Shown here one piece after another: positions 37,682 to 49,869 of a stretch of DNA of 64,000 bases. The position numbers were made by a program, and so were the translations under genes. Below the pieces are notes generated by a model. It saw only the letters and a program-made list of their open reading frames with translations. It had not been told where the DNA came from and made no database searches. Origin of the DNA: Escherichia coli O127:H6 str. E2348/69. GTDB taxonomy: Bacteria > Pseudomonadota > Gammaproteobacteria > Enterobacterales > Enterobacteriaceae. Within the stretch, counting starts at the first letter, position 1, and each line of letters starts with the position of its first letter. The stretch lies in NCBI RefSeq assembly GCF_000026545.1, contig NC_011601.1; one strand, given 5' to 3'.

Positions 37682-39001
37682 TTAACCGTGTTTATTTTTC
37701 AGTTCAAAGCGTGGTGAGACCAGACCATACAGTGTCCAACCGAGGAAGGTCACGATGGAACCGTATAGCATGGCTTCTTCCCCGGATGAGTACAGCGCAT
37801 AAAAGCTGTACATCGCGCCAACAAAAGCAACAAAGTTTGCAACTTTCGCTTTTGAGGGGGGCACATTAGCGACCTTCTGAATAATGACTAATGCCGCCAT
37901 TGACAGAATATACGGAATGATATTGGTCACCACGGCCAGGTTAACCAGCACGTTGAACTGACTGTTTAGCGACGGGCTAATCGTCATCAGCGCCAACCCG
38001 CTCTGGATAATCACAATGGTCAACATTCCCTGCACCGGTGCATCCACTTTGGTTACACGGGAGAAAATTTTAGGGAAGTAGCCTTCATCAGATGAAGATT
38101 TAAACACCTGGGCAATGGTGAACTGCCAGCCAAGCAGCGAACCGCAGCAGGACATCACCATCAGCGCCATAATGACTTTACCCACTTCCGGCGTGAACAT
38201 CTGCGCGAAGGCCAGACCAAATGGTGCCGTTGAATTTGCCAGCTCCATATTTGGCACAATCCCGGCAATCACGTTGGTGGAGACGATATAAATCACCGCC
38301 GCACCTAACGTACCGCCGAGTACCGCGATTGGCACATTACGTTCCGGGTTTTCCACTACATCAGTATTCGCACACGCAGACTCCAGACCAAGAAAAGCCC
38401 ACAGCGTCATAGCGATGGAAGAACCTACCGCACTGAAGAAGGGTGCATGATGCGGATTCCAGGAATCAACGTAAAGCGTCGGGCTAAACCAGAACCAGCC
38501 GATAATGCACAGGCCTACCACCGGAATAATGACCCCCCACACGGTAATGCTACTGATTTGCCCGGTAATGCGCGCACCACCAAAGTTAGCCACGGTACAA
38601 ATCCACAGCACCCCGATGGTCGCAAGACCAATCTGCACTGGCGACAAACTCGCGCCGAGCAGTTCGGTGCCGTAACCAACCGCCGAAATAGCAATCGCGA
38701 CGTTAGCAATCAGCAGCGAGACGCCGTAGGTATAGTTCGCCATAAAGTTACCGGATTTACCGAAAGCATACTCGGCATAACCGCCCATACCTCCTGATTT
38801 ACGGCTGAACATACCGCATTTTGCGAATGCCCATGCCAGTGCCATTGAGCCTACGGCTGTCACCAACCAGGAGATTATTGAGATTGTCCCAACTTCGGCA
38901 AGCTTTGTCGGCAGCATGATGATGCCGGAGCCCATCATGTTGACCATCGTCAGTATGGTTAACTGAACGACGCCCATCTTGTTCGATTTAGCCTGACTCA
39001 T
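37682..39001 (-). CDS. potE: Putrescine:ornithine antiporter
   Basis: 439-aa APC-family ORF MSQAKSNKMGVVQLTILTMVNMMGSGIIMLP. A 4-nt overlap with speF indicates coupling. Confidence 0.95.
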   Translation of the reverse strand: MSQAKSNKMGVVQLTILTMVNMMGSGIIMLPTKLAEVGTISIISWLVTAVGSMALAWAFAKCGMFSRKSGGMGGYAEYAFGKSGNFMANYTYGVSLLIANVAIAISAVGYGTELLGASLSPVQIGLATIGVLWICTVANFGGARITGQISSITVWGVIIPVVGLCIIGWFWFSPTLYVDSWNPHHAPFFSAVGSSIAMTLWAFLGLESACANTDVVENPERNVPIAVLGGTLGAAVIYIVSTNVIAGIVPNMELANSTAPFGLAFAQMFTPEVGKVIMALMVMSCCGSLLGWQFTIAQVFKSSSDEGYFPKIFSRVTKVDAPVQGMLTIVIIQSGLALMTISPSLNSQFNVLVNLAVVTNIIPYILSMAALVIIQKVANVPPSKAKVANFVAFVGAMYSFYALYSSGEEAMLYGSIVTFLGWTLYGLVSPRFELKNKHG

Positions 39002-41196
39002 AATTTTTCCCCTTTCAGCAGGGTGCTTTGCGCATCACGAGGCTTGATGACATAGCACCAAACTTGCTTACGACCATCATGTTCTTCGATATAGACACCC
39101 TGCAGCTCCGGTGCAAAACCTGGCAGCAGGTTGATGCCTTCTTCCAGAGCGCTGAAGTAACGCAGAACAGCACCACCCCAGATTTCACCAGGAACAACAC
39201 ACAGCACACCCGGAGGATAAGGAAGCGCACCTTCGGCAGCGATACGGCCTTCTGCATCCGGCAGACGAACCAGCTCCACTTCACCGCGTAAGTAGGCGTA
39301 GTTGGCTTCTTGCGGATTCATGCTGACGCGTGGGAAGTGTTCCTTACGGAACATCTCTTTTTGCAGTTGTTTCACGTTGTGGCGGGCATACAAATCATGC
39401 ATTTCCTGGCACAACTGACGAAGGGTATAACCGGCGTAGCGCTCTTCATGCTGTTTGTAGATGGAAGGCAGTACTTCTGATAATGGCGCGTCGGACTCAA
39501 GCAGTTTTTCGAAGCGTACCAGCAGAGCAGCAAGTTGCTGAAGTTTGGCCATATCTTCTGCCGGAGTCAGCAGAAAGAGGATGGAGTTAAGATCGCATTT
39601 TTCCGGCACTACGCCATTTTCGCGCAGGAAGTTAGTAAGAATCGTCGCGGGTACACCGAACGCTTCATATTCGCCGTTACGTGCATCAATACCTGGGGTT
39701 GTCAGCAACAGTTTGCACGGATCGACAAAGTATTGATTCTCTGCATAGCCTTCAAAAGAATGCCAGTGCTCACCTGGTACAAACTGGAAGAAGCGCAGAT
39801 CAACCGCAATTTGCGCTGTTTCATACGACTGCCAGGGTTTACCATCCACCAGTTCAGGTACGAATGGACGAATATGCTGACAGTTATCGAGGATCAGTTT
39901 GCGGGCATTAATGCCATTTACCACACAATCCATCCACATATTACGACCGCTGACACCTTCATGCATTTTGGCGTTGATATCCAGTGCGGCAAACAGCGGA
40001 TAGAACGGGCTGGTGGAGGCATGCATCATAAAGGCGTTGTTCATGCGTTTGTGCGATACATAACGCTGTTGCCCTTTGATATGGCTGTCTTTTTTATGGA
40101 TTTGTGAAGTCTGGGAAAAACCAGCCTGCTGTTTATGCACAGATTGCGTAACCAGAATACCCGGATCGTTCTCATTAAGATCCAGCAACAGTGGTGAACA
40201 GTCCGCCATCATCGGGATAAACTGCTCATAGCCGACCCATGCGGAGTCAAAGAGGATGTAGTCACACAGATGACCAATTTTATCCACCACCTGACGGGCG
40301 TTATAAATCGTACCGTCGTAAGTGCCTAGCTGAATAACGGCGAGGCGGAAAGGACGCGCCTCTTTTGCCCGCTGCGGTGCGACTTCCGCGATCAGTTCAC
40401 GCAGGTAACTTTCTTCAAAACAGTGAGCGTCAATACCACCGATAAAACCATACGGGTTACGTGCGGTTTCCAGATAAACCGGTGTCGCGCCAGCCTGTAG
40501 CAACGCTCCGTGGTGGTTAGATTTGTGGTTATTGCGGTCAAACAGCACCAGATCACCCGGTGTCAGCAGGGCGTTTAAAACCACTTTGTTAGAAGATGAA
40601 GTGCCATTTAGAACGAAGTATGTTTTATCGGCATTAAACACTTTTGCCGCATGTTGCTGTGCAATGCATGGCGCGCCTTCGTGAATCAGCAGATCGCCCA
40701 TTGCCACATCCGCGTTGCACAAGTCAGCACGGAACAGCGCCTCACCAAAGTATTCCACAAACTGATTCCCCGCCGGATGGCGACGGAAAAATTCGCCGCC
40801 CTGATGACCGGGGCAATCAAACGCGCTGTTACCCTGATTGACATAATCGACCAGTGCGCGGAAGAAGGGCGGGCGCAGTTGAGTTTCATAATGGCTGGCT
40901 GCGGTTTCTAACTGACGACCATAAAATTCTCGTCGCGATTCGCAATTCTCAAAGACACCCGAAATACGGGGCAAATACTCTGCGGGTACACGTTCTTGAT
41001 TTTCAGTAGCAATAAATACCGGGATGCCATAACCCGTGGCATCGATTTCATCGAGTTTTCCGCGTGTAACATCGTTGAGCGATAAAACTATTGCCGCCAC
41101 ATCGATATTACTGTTTTCATTAATATCGATACATTTTCGCTGCGTGGTAAAACAGTCCGGGCAAGAATCACTAACCGCAATTTTTAATTTTGACAT
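38998..41196 (-). CDS. speF: Inducible (biodegradative) ornithine decarboxylase
   Basis: The track ORF is trimmed to the ATG at 41196, giving the 732-aa MSKLKIAVSDSCPDCFTTQRK protein of the PLP fold-I Orn/Lys/Arg decarboxylase family. Confidence 0.95.
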   Translation of the reverse strand: MSKLKIAVSDSCPDCFTTQRKCIDINENSNIDVAAIVLSLNDVTRGKLDEIDATGYGIPVFIATENQERVPAEYLPRISGVFENCESRREFYGRQLETAASHYETQLRPPFFRALVDYVNQGNSAFDCPGHQGGEFFRRHPAGNQFVEYFGEALFRADLCNADVAMGDLLIHEGAPCIAQQHAAKVFNADKTYFVLNGTSSSNKVVLNALLTPGDLVLFDRNNHKSNHHGALLQAGATPVYLETARNPYGFIGGIDAHCFEESYLRELIAEVAPQRAKEARPFRLAVIQLGTYDGTIYNARQVVDKIGHLCDYILFDSAWVGYEQFIPMMADCSPLLLDLNENDPGILVTQSVHKQQAGFSQTSQIHKKDSHIKGQQRYVSHKRMNNAFMMHASTSPFYPLFAALDINAKMHEGVSGRNMWMDCVVNGINARKLILDNCQHIRPFVPELVDGKPWQSYETAQIAVDLRFFQFVPGEHWHSFEGYAENQYFVDPCKLLLTTPGIDARNGEYEAFGVPATILTNFLRENGVVPEKCDLNSILFLLTPAEDMAKLQQLAALLVRFEKLLESDAPLSEVLPSIYKQHEERYAGYTLRQLCQEMHDLYARHNVKQLQKEMFRKEHFPRVSMNPQEANYAYLRGEVELVRLPDAEGRIAAEGALPYPPGVLCVVPGEIWGGAVLRYFSALEEGINLLPGFAPELQGVYIEEHDGRKQVWCYVIKPRDAQSTLLKGEKL

Positions 41197-41453
41197 TTTC
41201 CAACTCTTTATTTTTGGTAATAGCAGGTCCTCAATTTCTCGAATGAGAAATTGATCGTGCCGGAAAAAAAGCAAAGTTGCCCCGCTGATAAATTAATCAG
41301 AAGTTTGCTTTTTTCAGAATGCAGAAACCCTTATCAGTCTGGTGGCTGATAATACAAGGGTTAACAGAGAATGAGCACTGCGGAATACAGGCATATGCCT
41401 GTAATACAGAGAGTCAGGAAGACCTGTACGCTGAAGTGCCCTTAGTCGGTAGA

Positions 41454-41558
41454 CTAACGGGCATTGAAGAAGTGAAAGTCGAAGCTATTGCGATGAGCAA
41501 ACTTCATAATATGAGTTGTCCGCCTTATATGGGGCATAGTGCGGCTGTTATTTTCCAT
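41454..41558 (-). CDS. speFL: speFL, ornithine-sensing arrest leader peptide of the speF-potE operon
   Basis: Below the ORF-track size cut-off. My translation of the minus strand gives MENNSRTMPHIRRTTHIMKFAHRNSFDFHFFNAR followed by TAG. This matches the SpeFL arrest peptide as I remember it. The stop codon sits in a TTAGTC-GGTA-GACTAA hairpin. Confidence 0.8.
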   Translation of the reverse strand: MENNSRTMPHIRRTTHIMKFAHRNSFDFHFFNAR

Positions 41559-41723
41559 TTAATTTACCTTTCCTGATGTGAATGAAGGTGAAGGTATTCT
41601 ATCCAGGAAATACGGTTGAACTGTGAAGGTGATCAATAAAAAATGATCAATCTTAATTTATTTAATGATGAGCTTTTTACTCAGTAATATAAAATATTGA
41701 ATTGTTATTTTTGTGTGTTATTT

Positions 41724-41756
41724 AAGATAAAAAGCCGTATTTATTATTACGGCTTT
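41724..41756 (-). terminator. Intrinsic terminator after kdpE
   Basis: The minus strand reads AAAGCCGTA-ATAATAAA-TACGGCTTT followed by TTATCTT. Confidence 0.65.
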
Positions 41757-41791
41757 AATTAATAAAAGGCAGGATGTATTAAAATTAATAT

Positions 41792-42469
41792 TCAAAGCAT
41801 AAACCGATACCCAATACCGGTTTCAGTAATGAAATGGCGGGGGCGGGCGGGATCTTGCTCCAGTTTTTGTCGCAGATGCCCCATATAAATACGCAAATAA
41901 TGACTGTGTTCGACCGCGTTTGGTCCCCACACCTGGTTGAGGAGCTGGCGCTGGGTGAGCACTTTTCCCGCATTATTAAGCAACACTGCCAGCAGGCGGA
42001 ACTCAATCGGGGTGAGATGCACCTCTTCCTCGCCCCGATGGATCACACGAGCTGCTAAATCGACGGTAACATCGGAAAATTTCACCAGCGGATCGGGCGC
42101 GGCGGTGGCGGAGTGGCGACGTAAAGCGACGCGCAGACGGGCCTGCAATTCGCCAATGCCAAACGGCTTACTCAGATAATCATCCGCTCCGGCATCCAGC
42201 GCGGCGATTTTGTCGCTCTCTTCGCTACGTGCGGAAAGCACAATCACCGGCACCGCGCTCCACTGGCGCAGGTCGCGGATAAACTCAATCCCATCACCAT
42301 CGGGCAGGCCGAGATCGAGAATAATCAAATCTGGCTTACGGGTAGCCGCTTCCAGCAAGCCGCGTTGCAGCGTTTCGGCCTCAAAGACGCGCATCCCATC
42401 GCCCTCCAGCGCCGTGCGCAGAAAGCGACGAATAGCCTGTTCATCTTCAACAATCAGAACGTTTGTCAC
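41792..42469 (-). CDS. kdpE: OmpR-family response regulator KdpE
   Basis: 225-aa [37 protein letters not shown] 4-nt overlap with kdpD indicates coupling. Confidence 0.96.
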   Translation of the reverse strand: MTNVLIVEDEQAIRRFLRTALEGDGMRVFEAETLQRGLLEAATRKPDLIILDLGLPDGDGIEFIRDLRQWSAVPVIVLSARSEESDKIAALDAGADDYLSKPFGIGELQARLRVALRRHSATAAPDPLVKFSDVTVDLAARVIHRGEEEVHLTPIEFRLLAVLLNNAGKVLTQRQLLNQVWGPNAVEHSHYLRIYMGHLRQKLEQDPARPRHFITETGIGYRFML

Positions 42470-45150
42470 ATATCCTCATGAAATTCTTCAAGTTCAGGGG
42501 CTGTTTGCTGGGGAAGTGTAACACGAAAACAGGCACCACCTTCCGGTCGGTTGAATGCGGTAATGGTGCCGCCGTGTACATCCACTATCGCCCGACAAAT
42601 TGCCAACCCAAGCCCTACACCCGGTACCGCCGACTCTTTATTCCCGCGAGCAAACTTATCAAATATCGTCTGCTCCTGGCCTGGTGGAAGACCGGGGCCG
42701 TTATCCCAGACATCCAGTTGTAGATTTTCGCCCTCAACGTGGGCATTGATACCAATTTCGGCCTGCGCCCCCGCATATTTCACCGCGTTCTCCAGCAGGT
42801 TAATCAGCACCCGTTCAAAGAGTGGCCCGTCAACGTGGATTAAGGTCAGCGGCTCTGGCAGAGAAAGATTGATGGGCGACGATAAACCCGGTTCCAGCAT
42901 TTGCAGCGCGCTGCCGACCACTTCTTCCAGCGTTAACCACTCTTTCTTCAAATTAAAGCCGCCGGACTGAATTCGCGCCATATCCAGTAGATTATTCACC
43001 AGTCGGGTGGTGTTCAGCACATGCTGACGAATCTCGCTGGCCTGGCGGGCGTGGGGCGATCCTTCGCTTGCCAGATCGAGCGTTAAGATTTCTGCCTGAC
43101 CGAACAGCACCGTAAGCGGCGTGCGTAAATCATGCGAAAGCGCCGCCAGCAGGGCGTTGCGGATCTGTTCACGTTCGCTTGCCATCCGCGCCTGTTCTTC
43201 GCTGGCGGTCAGTGTCAGTCGCTCAAGGGCATTGGCGACTAACAGCGTAAACGTCTCCAGCAGGCGCTGCTGTTCCGGGATCATCAACTGGCGCAGATTC
43301 CCCGGTTCCACCACCACCAGTCCGTAGGTTTTCTCGCCGCTTTTTAGCGGCAAAATCTGGTACGGTACACCGGGTAACGTGTCGGTGCCCGCGCCCGCAG
43401 GCAGGCCTTTATCAAAACTCCACTGCGCGATGGCATCGTCCCACGGCGTCATTCCTTGCGGATGTGTTAAAGGCTGCAATTTACCGTTGTCATCAGGCAG
43501 CAACACCTGGCTACGGGCATGAAACGTGGAGGCAATAAACTGTTCGCTGGTGGCGGCGATATCCTGCGAACTACGGCCCACAGCCAGAGCTTTGGACATT
43601 TCATATAAGTGCCGTGTGCGTTGTTCGCGGTAACGGGCTACCCGCGCCTGATAACGCACGCCAGCAGTAAGGTTCCCGATCACCAGCCCGACGGTTAACA
43701 TCACCGCGAAGGTCAGCAGATATTGCACATCAGAGACGGCGAGCGTGCCGCGTGGGGCGATAAAAAAGAGATCGAAACTCACCACATTAATGACGGTGGC
43801 AACCACCGAAGGCCAGCGTCCGTAAAATAGTGCCACCACCACGACGCCAAGCAGATACAGCATCACCAGGTTGGCGGCATCAAACGCCATCAGCCACTGC
43901 ATGGCAATTAAGGTGATAACGGCGCATAACGCGGCGGCAACCACGCATCCCTGAATCTGTACCCGCCACTTGTCTTTAAAAGAGCGGCTATCCGGCGCGT
44001 TGTTAATCGTGCGGGCGGGTGGTTCATCAAGCGCGACCAGCACCTGATCGAGATCGGGGGCGATGCGTGCCAGCCGGTCAGCAAATGTTTCCCGACGCCA
44101 CCAGCGGCGCGAAGCCGGGCGACCGAGAATAATCTTGCCGAGATTATGTTCACGGGCATAACGCACTACCGCTTTCTCTTCCGCTGGATCAGAAAGTGTT
44201 GCCGTCTCCGCGCCCAGCTCCTGCGCCAGACGTAAGGCGCTGAGAATTGCCCGACGTTTTTTCTCCGGTAAGCGATGCAGGGCAGGGGTTTCAACATACA
44301 CCGCGTGCCAGACACTGCCCAGGCGCGAGGCCAACCGCGCCGCCGCGCGGACCAGTTTCTCACTGCCGGTGTTATGCCCGATGCATAATAGGATCGCGTC
44401 GCGTGTGTGCCAGACTTTCTCTTCGCCAGGATGCCCCCGCCAGGCGCGCATTTGCTCATCTACGCGATCGGCAGTACGGCGCAGTGCCAGTTCGCGCAGG
44501 GCGATCAGATTGCCTTTGCGAAAAAAATGTTCAATGGCGCGCTCCGCTTGCCCGGCAATATAGACTTTGCCTTCTTTCAGCCGCTGGCGCAGATCGTCCG
44601 GGGGCAAGTCCACCAGTACTACGTCGTCGGCGGCATCAAAAAAAGGATCGGGCACGGTCTCCCGTACCTGAATTCCGGTGACGCCGCTGACCACATCATT
44701 CAGACTTTCCAGATGCTGAACGTTGACGGTAGTGAAAACATCAATGCCAGCTTCCAGCAGCTCTTCGATGTCCTGCCAGCGTTTAGGATGACGTGAACCT
44801 GGCGCATTACTGTGCGCCAGTTCGTCCATTAAGATCAGTGCCGGACGGCGGGCGAGGGCGGCATCGAGATCAAACTCGCTGATGTGCCGCCCACGGTACG
44901 CCTGGCGTTTTAACGGCAGAACAGCCAGACCTTTCAGCATGGCGGCGGTATCTTTCCGACCGTGGGTTTCTACCACGCCAACCACAATATCCAGCCCTTG
45001 CGCCCGCAGTCGCTGGGCTTCCGCCAGCATCGCCCAAGTCTTCCCGACGCCTGCGCAGGCACCGAAGAATACTTTCAGCTTCCCCCGATGCGGCGCGGCA
45101 GCTTGTTCCAGCAGACGATCGGGGTCGGGACGTAAGGGTTCGTTATTCAT
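42466..45150 (-). CDS. kdpD: Sensor histidine kinase KdpD
   Basis: The track ORF is trimmed to the ATG at 45150, giving the 894-aa [16 protein letters not shown] protein with KdpD N-terminal, Usp, 4-TM, GAF and HisKA/HATPase domains. Its start overlaps the kdpC stop by 8 nt. Confidence 0.95.
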   Translation of the reverse strand: MNNEPLRPDPDRLLEQAAAPHRGKLKVFFGACAGVGKTWAMLAEAQRLRAQGLDIVVGVVETHGRKDTAAMLKGLAVLPLKRQAYRGRHISEFDLDAALARRPALILMDELAHSNAPGSRHPKRWQDIEELLEAGIDVFTTVNVQHLESLNDVVSGVTGIQVRETVPDPFFDAADDVVLVDLPPDDLRQRLKEGKVYIAGQAERAIEHFFRKGNLIALRELALRRTADRVDEQMRAWRGHPGEEKVWHTRDAILLCIGHNTGSEKLVRAAARLASRLGSVWHAVYVETPALHRLPEKKRRAILSALRLAQELGAETATLSDPAEEKAVVRYAREHNLGKIILGRPASRRWWRRETFADRLARIAPDLDQVLVALDEPPARTINNAPDSRSFKDKWRVQIQGCVVAAALCAVITLIAMQWLMAFDAANLVMLYLLGVVVVALFYGRWPSVVATVINVVSFDLFFIAPRGTLAVSDVQYLLTFAVMLTVGLVIGNLTAGVRYQARVARYREQRTRHLYEMSKALAVGRSSQDIAATSEQFIASTFHARSQVLLPDDNGKLQPLTHPQGMTPWDDAIAQWSFDKGLPAGAGTDTLPGVPYQILPLKSGEKTYGLVVVEPGNLRQLMIPEQQRLLETFTLLVANALERLTLTASEEQARMASEREQIRNALLAALSHDLRTPLTVLFGQAEILTLDLASEGSPHARQASEIRQHVLNTTRLVNNLLDMARIQSGGFNLKKEWLTLEEVVGSALQMLEPGLSSPINLSLPEPLTLIHVDGPLFERVLINLLENAVKYAGAQAEIGINAHVEGENLQLDVWDNGPGLPPGQEQTIFDKFARGNKESAVPGVGLGLAICRAIVDVHGGTITAFNRPEGGACFRVTLPQQTAPELEEFHEDM

Positions 45151-45715
45151 CAAGCTTATCCAGTGCCAGATTGAGTTCGACAATGTTGACGACCGGCTGG
45201 CCGATATATTTCACCAGCGGTTGTTGGCTGTATTTTGCGATCAGTTGCGTGAGCTGTTCAACGCTGAGATTACGCGCTTTCGCCACGCGTGGGATCTGCC
45301 AGGCCGCCGCTTGCGGGGTGATGTTATTGTCCAGCCCGCTTGCTGACGCCGTCACCAGTTCAACCGGAACGTTCGTGCTGGCATCCGGGTTAGCAGCCCG
45401 TAATTCAGCAACGCGTGCGGCTATCTGTTTATCCAGCTCCGGGTTACTGACCGCCAGGTTGCTCCCGCCAGAAGCCTGTGGATTATAGGGCATTTCTGCT
45501 GTTGCCGACGGGCGACCATGAAAATAGCCGTTGCCGGTAAAATTTTGCCCGATTAATGCCGAACCGCGCACCGTATCACCTTCACGAATCAATGAACCGT
45601 TGGCCTGCCAGGGAAACCACCATTGCCCCAGTGCGGTGGTCAGCAGCGGGTAAACGCCGCCAGTAATCAATAACAGAAAGAGAAATGTCGATAATGCCGG
45701 ACGTAATCCACGCAT
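45143..45715 (-). CDS. kdpC: K+-transporting ATPase subunit C
   Basis: The track ORF is trimmed to the ATG at 45715, giving the 190-aa [25 protein letters not shown] protein. Confidence 0.93.
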   Translation of the reverse strand: MRGLRPALSTFLFLLLITGGVYPLLTTALGQWWFPWQANGSLIREGDTVRGSALIGQNFTGNGYFHGRPSATAEMPYNPQASGGSNLAVSNPELDKQIAARVAELRAANPDASTNVPVELVTASASGLDNNITPQAAAWQIPRVAKARNLSVEQLTQLIAKYSQQPLVKYIGQPVVNIVELNLALDKLDE

Positions 45716-45723
45716 GGTAAACC

Positions 45724-47772
45724 TCACACCAGACCGCAAACGGTTAGCAGTAAATCAATGACTTTGATACCAATAAACGGCACCAGCAGCCCACCCAGAC
45801 CGTAAATCCATAAGTTACGGCGCAACATGGCAGAAGCGGTAAGCGGTTTATAACTCACGCCTTTTAACGCCAGGGGAATCAAAAAGACGATAATCAAGGC
45901 GTTGAAAATGACCGCACTGAGAATGGCGGAGTCGGGCGAATGCAGGCGCATGATGTTCAGCGCATTTAACTGCGGATACGTTGCCGCGAACGCCGCTGGA
46001 ATAATGGCGAAGTATTTCGCCACATCGTTGGCAATGCTGAAGGTGGTCAACGAGCCACGGGTCATCAGCATCTGTTTGCCAATGTGCACTACCTCGATCA
46101 ACTTGGTCGGGTTGGAGTCGAGATCCACCATATTGCCCGCTTCTTTCGCCGCCTGGGTGCCGGAGTTCATCGCCACCGCAACATCGGCCTGTGCCAGCGC
46201 CGGAGCATCGTTGGTGCCATCGCCGGTCATCGCCACTAAACGGCCTTCCGCCTGATACTGACGAATCAGTGCCAGCTTGGCCTCCGGTGTTGCTTCGGCG
46301 AGAAAATCATCGACACCCGCTTCCGCAGCTATCGCGGCGGCAGTCAGGCGGTTATCGCCGGTAATCATCACCGTTTTAATGCCCATTTTACGCAGCTGCG
46401 CGAAGCGCTCTTTAATACCGCCTTTGACGATATCTTTCAGCGCAATAACGCCCAGCACACGAGAACCTTCCACCACCACCAGCGGCGTGGCTCCCTGACG
46501 CGCAACCTGATCGACTTTTTGATCAACATCGGCAGGGAAGTGACCGCCGTTAGCCTCAACATGGCGGCGAATGGCATCGACAGAACCTTTACGGATCATG
46601 CGGTTGTCGATGTTGATCCCGCTCATCCGGCTTTGTGCAGTAAAAGGTACAAAGGTGGCATGGAGCGACTGCACATCGCGCTCGCGCAGGTTAAAACGCT
46701 GCTTGGCGAGGATCACAATACTGCGGCCTTCCGGCGTTTCATCAGCCAGCGAAGCCAGTTGTGCGGCGTCGGCCAGCGCTTTTTCCTCCACGCCTTGTGC
46801 GGGGATAAACTCTGACGCCTGACGGTTACCGAGGGTGATGGTGCCGGTTTTATCCAGCAGCAGAACGTCAACATCACCCGCTGCTTCAACTGCTCGCCCG
46901 CTGGTGGCAATCACATTCGCGCCCAGCATCCGACTCATCCCGGCGACGCCAATCGCTGACAACAGGCCGCCAATAGTGGTTGGGATCAGACAGACCAGCA
47001 GTGCCACCAGTACCGTTACGCTGACTGCATTACCGCCCCACGCGGAAAACGGCCACAGCGTGGCGGTTGCCAGTAAAAAGACGATAGTCAGGGCAATCAG
47101 GAGAATGGTCAGGGCAATCTCGTTCGGCGTTTTACGTCGCTGCGCACCTTCCACCATCGCGATCATCCGATCCAGAAATGTCTCGCCGGGGTTAACGCTG
47201 CACTCAATCACCAGCCAGTCAGAAAGAATACGCGTGCCGCCAGTGACGGAGGCAAAATCACCGCCGGATTCACGGATCACCGGAGCCGATTCCCCGGTGA
47301 TGGCGCTTTCATCGACCGATGCGCCGCCTTCAATGACTTCACCATCGCAGGGGATAATATCGCCAGCTTCTACCAGTACGATATCGCCTTTACGCAGTTG
47401 ATCGGCAGGAACTTTGTCTGCCGCAGCGCCATATTTCGGTTCGCGCAGCTTGCGAGCAAAAGCGGTTTTTTTCACCCCTTTCAGACTGTTGGCCTGCGCT
47501 TTACTGCGGCCTTCTGCCAACGCCTCGGCGAAATTAGCGAACAGTACGGTGACCCACAGCCAGCCGCTAATTGCCGCGCTAAACAGCGCATTGCCAGGCA
47601 TCACACCGCTTGCCATCGCGATGCTAATACAGGTGGTCAGCAGACTGCCGATCCAGACGATAAACATCACCGGATTGCGCCATTGCGCCTGCGGGTTTAA
47701 TTTTTTCACCGCTTCTTTCAGCGCCTGAACGACAAGTGTTGGTTCGAATAGCGCCAGTTGTTTACGACTCAT
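45724..47772 (-). CDS. kdpB: K+-transporting P-type ATPase catalytic subunit B
   Basis: 682-aa ORF with the DKTGT phosphorylation motif and TGDN/GDGTND motifs. Confidence 0.96.
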
Positions 47773-47794
47773 ATTCAGTGCTCACTCAATATCA

Positions 47795-49468
47795 TCAGGA
47801 GAGATATTCCGCCACCGGACCAAGCGCCAGGGCAGGGATAAAGGTCAGTGCGCCAACCAGCAACACGGTGCCGATTAACAGGCCAACAAACAGCGGGCCG
47901 TGCGTTGGCAATGTGCCGGAGCTGGCGGGTTGGCTCTTTTTACTCACCAGCGAACCGGCAATTGCCATCACCGGGATAATCACCCCGAAGCGCCCGACAA
48001 ACATGCACAACGCCAGTAAACAGTTCCAGAATGGAGAGTTGGCGCTTAATCCGGCAAAGGCGCTGCCGTTGTTGTTAGCGGCGGATGACACGGCATACAG
48101 CACTTCGCTAAAACCATGCGGGCCAGGGTTGAGCATGGCGCTACGTCCGGCGTCGGTCATCATTGCCAGCGCCGCGCCCATCAGCACCAGCGTCGGGGTG
48201 ACCAGAATCGCCAGTGCAGTCAGTTTCATCTCGCGTACGTCGATTTTTTTACCCAGATATTCCGGTGTACGACCAATCATCAGCCCGGCAATAAACACCG
48301 CCAGCAGGACAAACAGCATCATGCCGTAAAGGCCTGAACCGACGCCGCCGAATACCACTTCACCAATTTGCATCAACCACATCGGCACCATGCCACCAAG
48401 AGCGGTAAACGAATCATGCATCGCAATCACCGCGCCGCAGGAAGCCGCCGTAGTCACGACCGCAAACAGGCTACTGACCAGCACGCCGAAACGGCTCTCT
48501 TTACCTTCCATATTGATGCTGCTGTCCGCGCCGAGCGCCAGCAGATGAGGATTACCCTGAACTTCTGCCCACATCACTACGCCTACGCAGATGACAAAAA
48601 TCACTGACATCGCCCACAGCAACATGCGCCCCTGGCGACGATCGCCCGCCACTTCACCAAAGGCAAAGCACAGCGCTGTTGGGATCAAGAAGATCGCCAG
48701 CATTTGCACGAAGTTGGTCAGTGCGGTTGGGTTTTCAAACGGATGCGACGAGTTGGCATTAAAAAAGCCACCGCCGTTAGTTCCGAGCATTTTGATCGCT
48801 TCCTGAGAAGCTACTGGCCCCATTGGTAATAGCTGTTGCGCTCCTTCAATGGTCGTCACAGCCTGATAAGGCAAAAAGTTTTGCAGCACACCTTGTTGTA
48901 TAAAAAACAGTGCGATCAGCAATGCTACGGGGGTTAACACCCATAACGTAATCCGCAACAGGTCTACCCACGCATTACCCAGCGTGTTCATGCTCTGGCG
49001 GGTAAACGCGCGAATAAGCGCAAAAATCACCGCAATCCCGCTGGCGGCAGAAAGAAAGTTTTGCACCGTTAAGCCCGCCATCTGGCTGAAATAGCTCAAC
49101 GTGGTTTCACCGCTATAAGATTGCCAGTTGGTATTCGTGACAAAGCTGACGGCGGTATTGAGCGCCAGATCCCACGACAGCCCCGGCAACTGCTGTGGAT
49201 TAAGCGGCAGATAGTGCTGACCGAGCAACATAAAAAACAGCACCGCCAGCCCCAGTATATTCAGGCCAAGAATGGCTGAGAGATACTGCTTCCAGTTCAT
49301 CTCGCGGTCAGAGACGCCAAGCGTGCTAAAGAGTACGCGTTCAACGCCCGTCGTACCAGGAAGAGGTATATCATTAATCAGCCGCGCCAGCCCGCTACCT
49401 AAGGGACGCGCCAGCACCATTAATACCAGTAAAAACGTGGCAATCAGTAAGAACCCTTGCGCAGCCAT
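47795..49468 (-). CDS. kdpA: K+-transporting ATPase channel-like subunit A
   Basis: The track ORF is trimmed to the ATG at 49468, giving the 557-aa [24 protein letters not shown] protein. The ATG overlaps the kdpF TGA by 1 nt. Confidence 0.95.
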   Translation of the reverse strand: MAAQGFLLIATFLLVLMVLARPLGSGLARLINDIPLPGTTGVERVLFSTLGVSDREMNWKQYLSAILGLNILGLAVLFFMLLGQHYLPLNPQQLPGLSWDLALNTAVSFVTNTNWQSYSGETTLSYFSQMAGLTVQNFLSAASGIAVIFALIRAFTRQSMNTLGNAWVDLLRITLWVLTPVALLIALFFIQQGVLQNFLPYQAVTTIEGAQQLLPMGPVASQEAIKMLGTNGGGFFNANSSHPFENPTALTNFVQMLAIFLIPTALCFAFGEVAGDRRQGRMLLWAMSVIFVICVGVVMWAEVQGNPHLLALGADSSINMEGKESRFGVLVSSLFAVVTTAASCGAVIAMHDSFTALGGMVPMWLMQIGEVVFGGVGSGLYGMMLFVLLAVFIAGLMIGRTPEYLGKKIDVREMKLTALAILVTPTLVLMGAALAMMTDAGRSAMLNPGPHGFSEVLYAVSSAANNNGSAFAGLSANSPFWNCLLALCMFVGRFGVIIPVMAIAGSLVSKKSQPASSGTLPTHGPLFVGLLIGTVLLVGALTFIPALALGPVAEYLS

Positions 49469-49557
49469 CAGAACGCCTCCGCATTGATCAGGGCATAAAC
49501 CAGATAACCCAGTAATAAAAACACCAGCAACACGCCGGTTATCACGCCTGCACTCAC
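49468..49557 (-). CDS. kdpF: K+-transporting ATPase small subunit F
   Basis: A GTG start at 49557 gives the 29-aa (M)[28 protein letters not shown]. It is the C-terminal part of track ORF 49468..49671. Confidence 0.85.
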
Positions 49558-49639
49558 AGTGCACCTCCAGTGGCCTAAAAGTGATACCGGAAGGGTAGAG
49601 TTCTGGCTGCAAAGATTTCGCAAAAATCTGCGGGCGTGG

Positions 49640-49656
49640 TGTAAAAAAAGTATAAA
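49640..49656 (-). promoter_or_regulatory. KdpE binding site upstream of the kdpFABC promoter
   Basis: The minus strand reads TTTATActttttTTTACA, the direct-repeat half-sites TTTATA and TTTACA known for KdpE. Confidence 0.6.
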
Positions 49657-49869
49657 AATGGCAAAAGCCATGGTTTAACTAATGTTTAGTATTAATTTAA
49701 CTTTTATGTAACTTAATTACACGGTGAATGTAAATAAACCATCAATAAGCAAAAATAAGTGGTCGGATGAGTAGTAAAATTACACAAACAGCGGTACTAT
49801 TTTCATCAGATAAACGAATTCATTTTTCCGGTGCTATTCACCGGGTAGATACAAAAGGGGGAGAAAAGT

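Noticed and set aside
41319-41576. 85-aa plus-strand ORF (possibly the historical ybfK annotation)
   Set aside because: It overlaps the minus-strand speFL leader peptide, which matches a functionally characterised arrest peptide. There is no Shine-Dalgarno and no domain. It is kept only as a caution in the findings.
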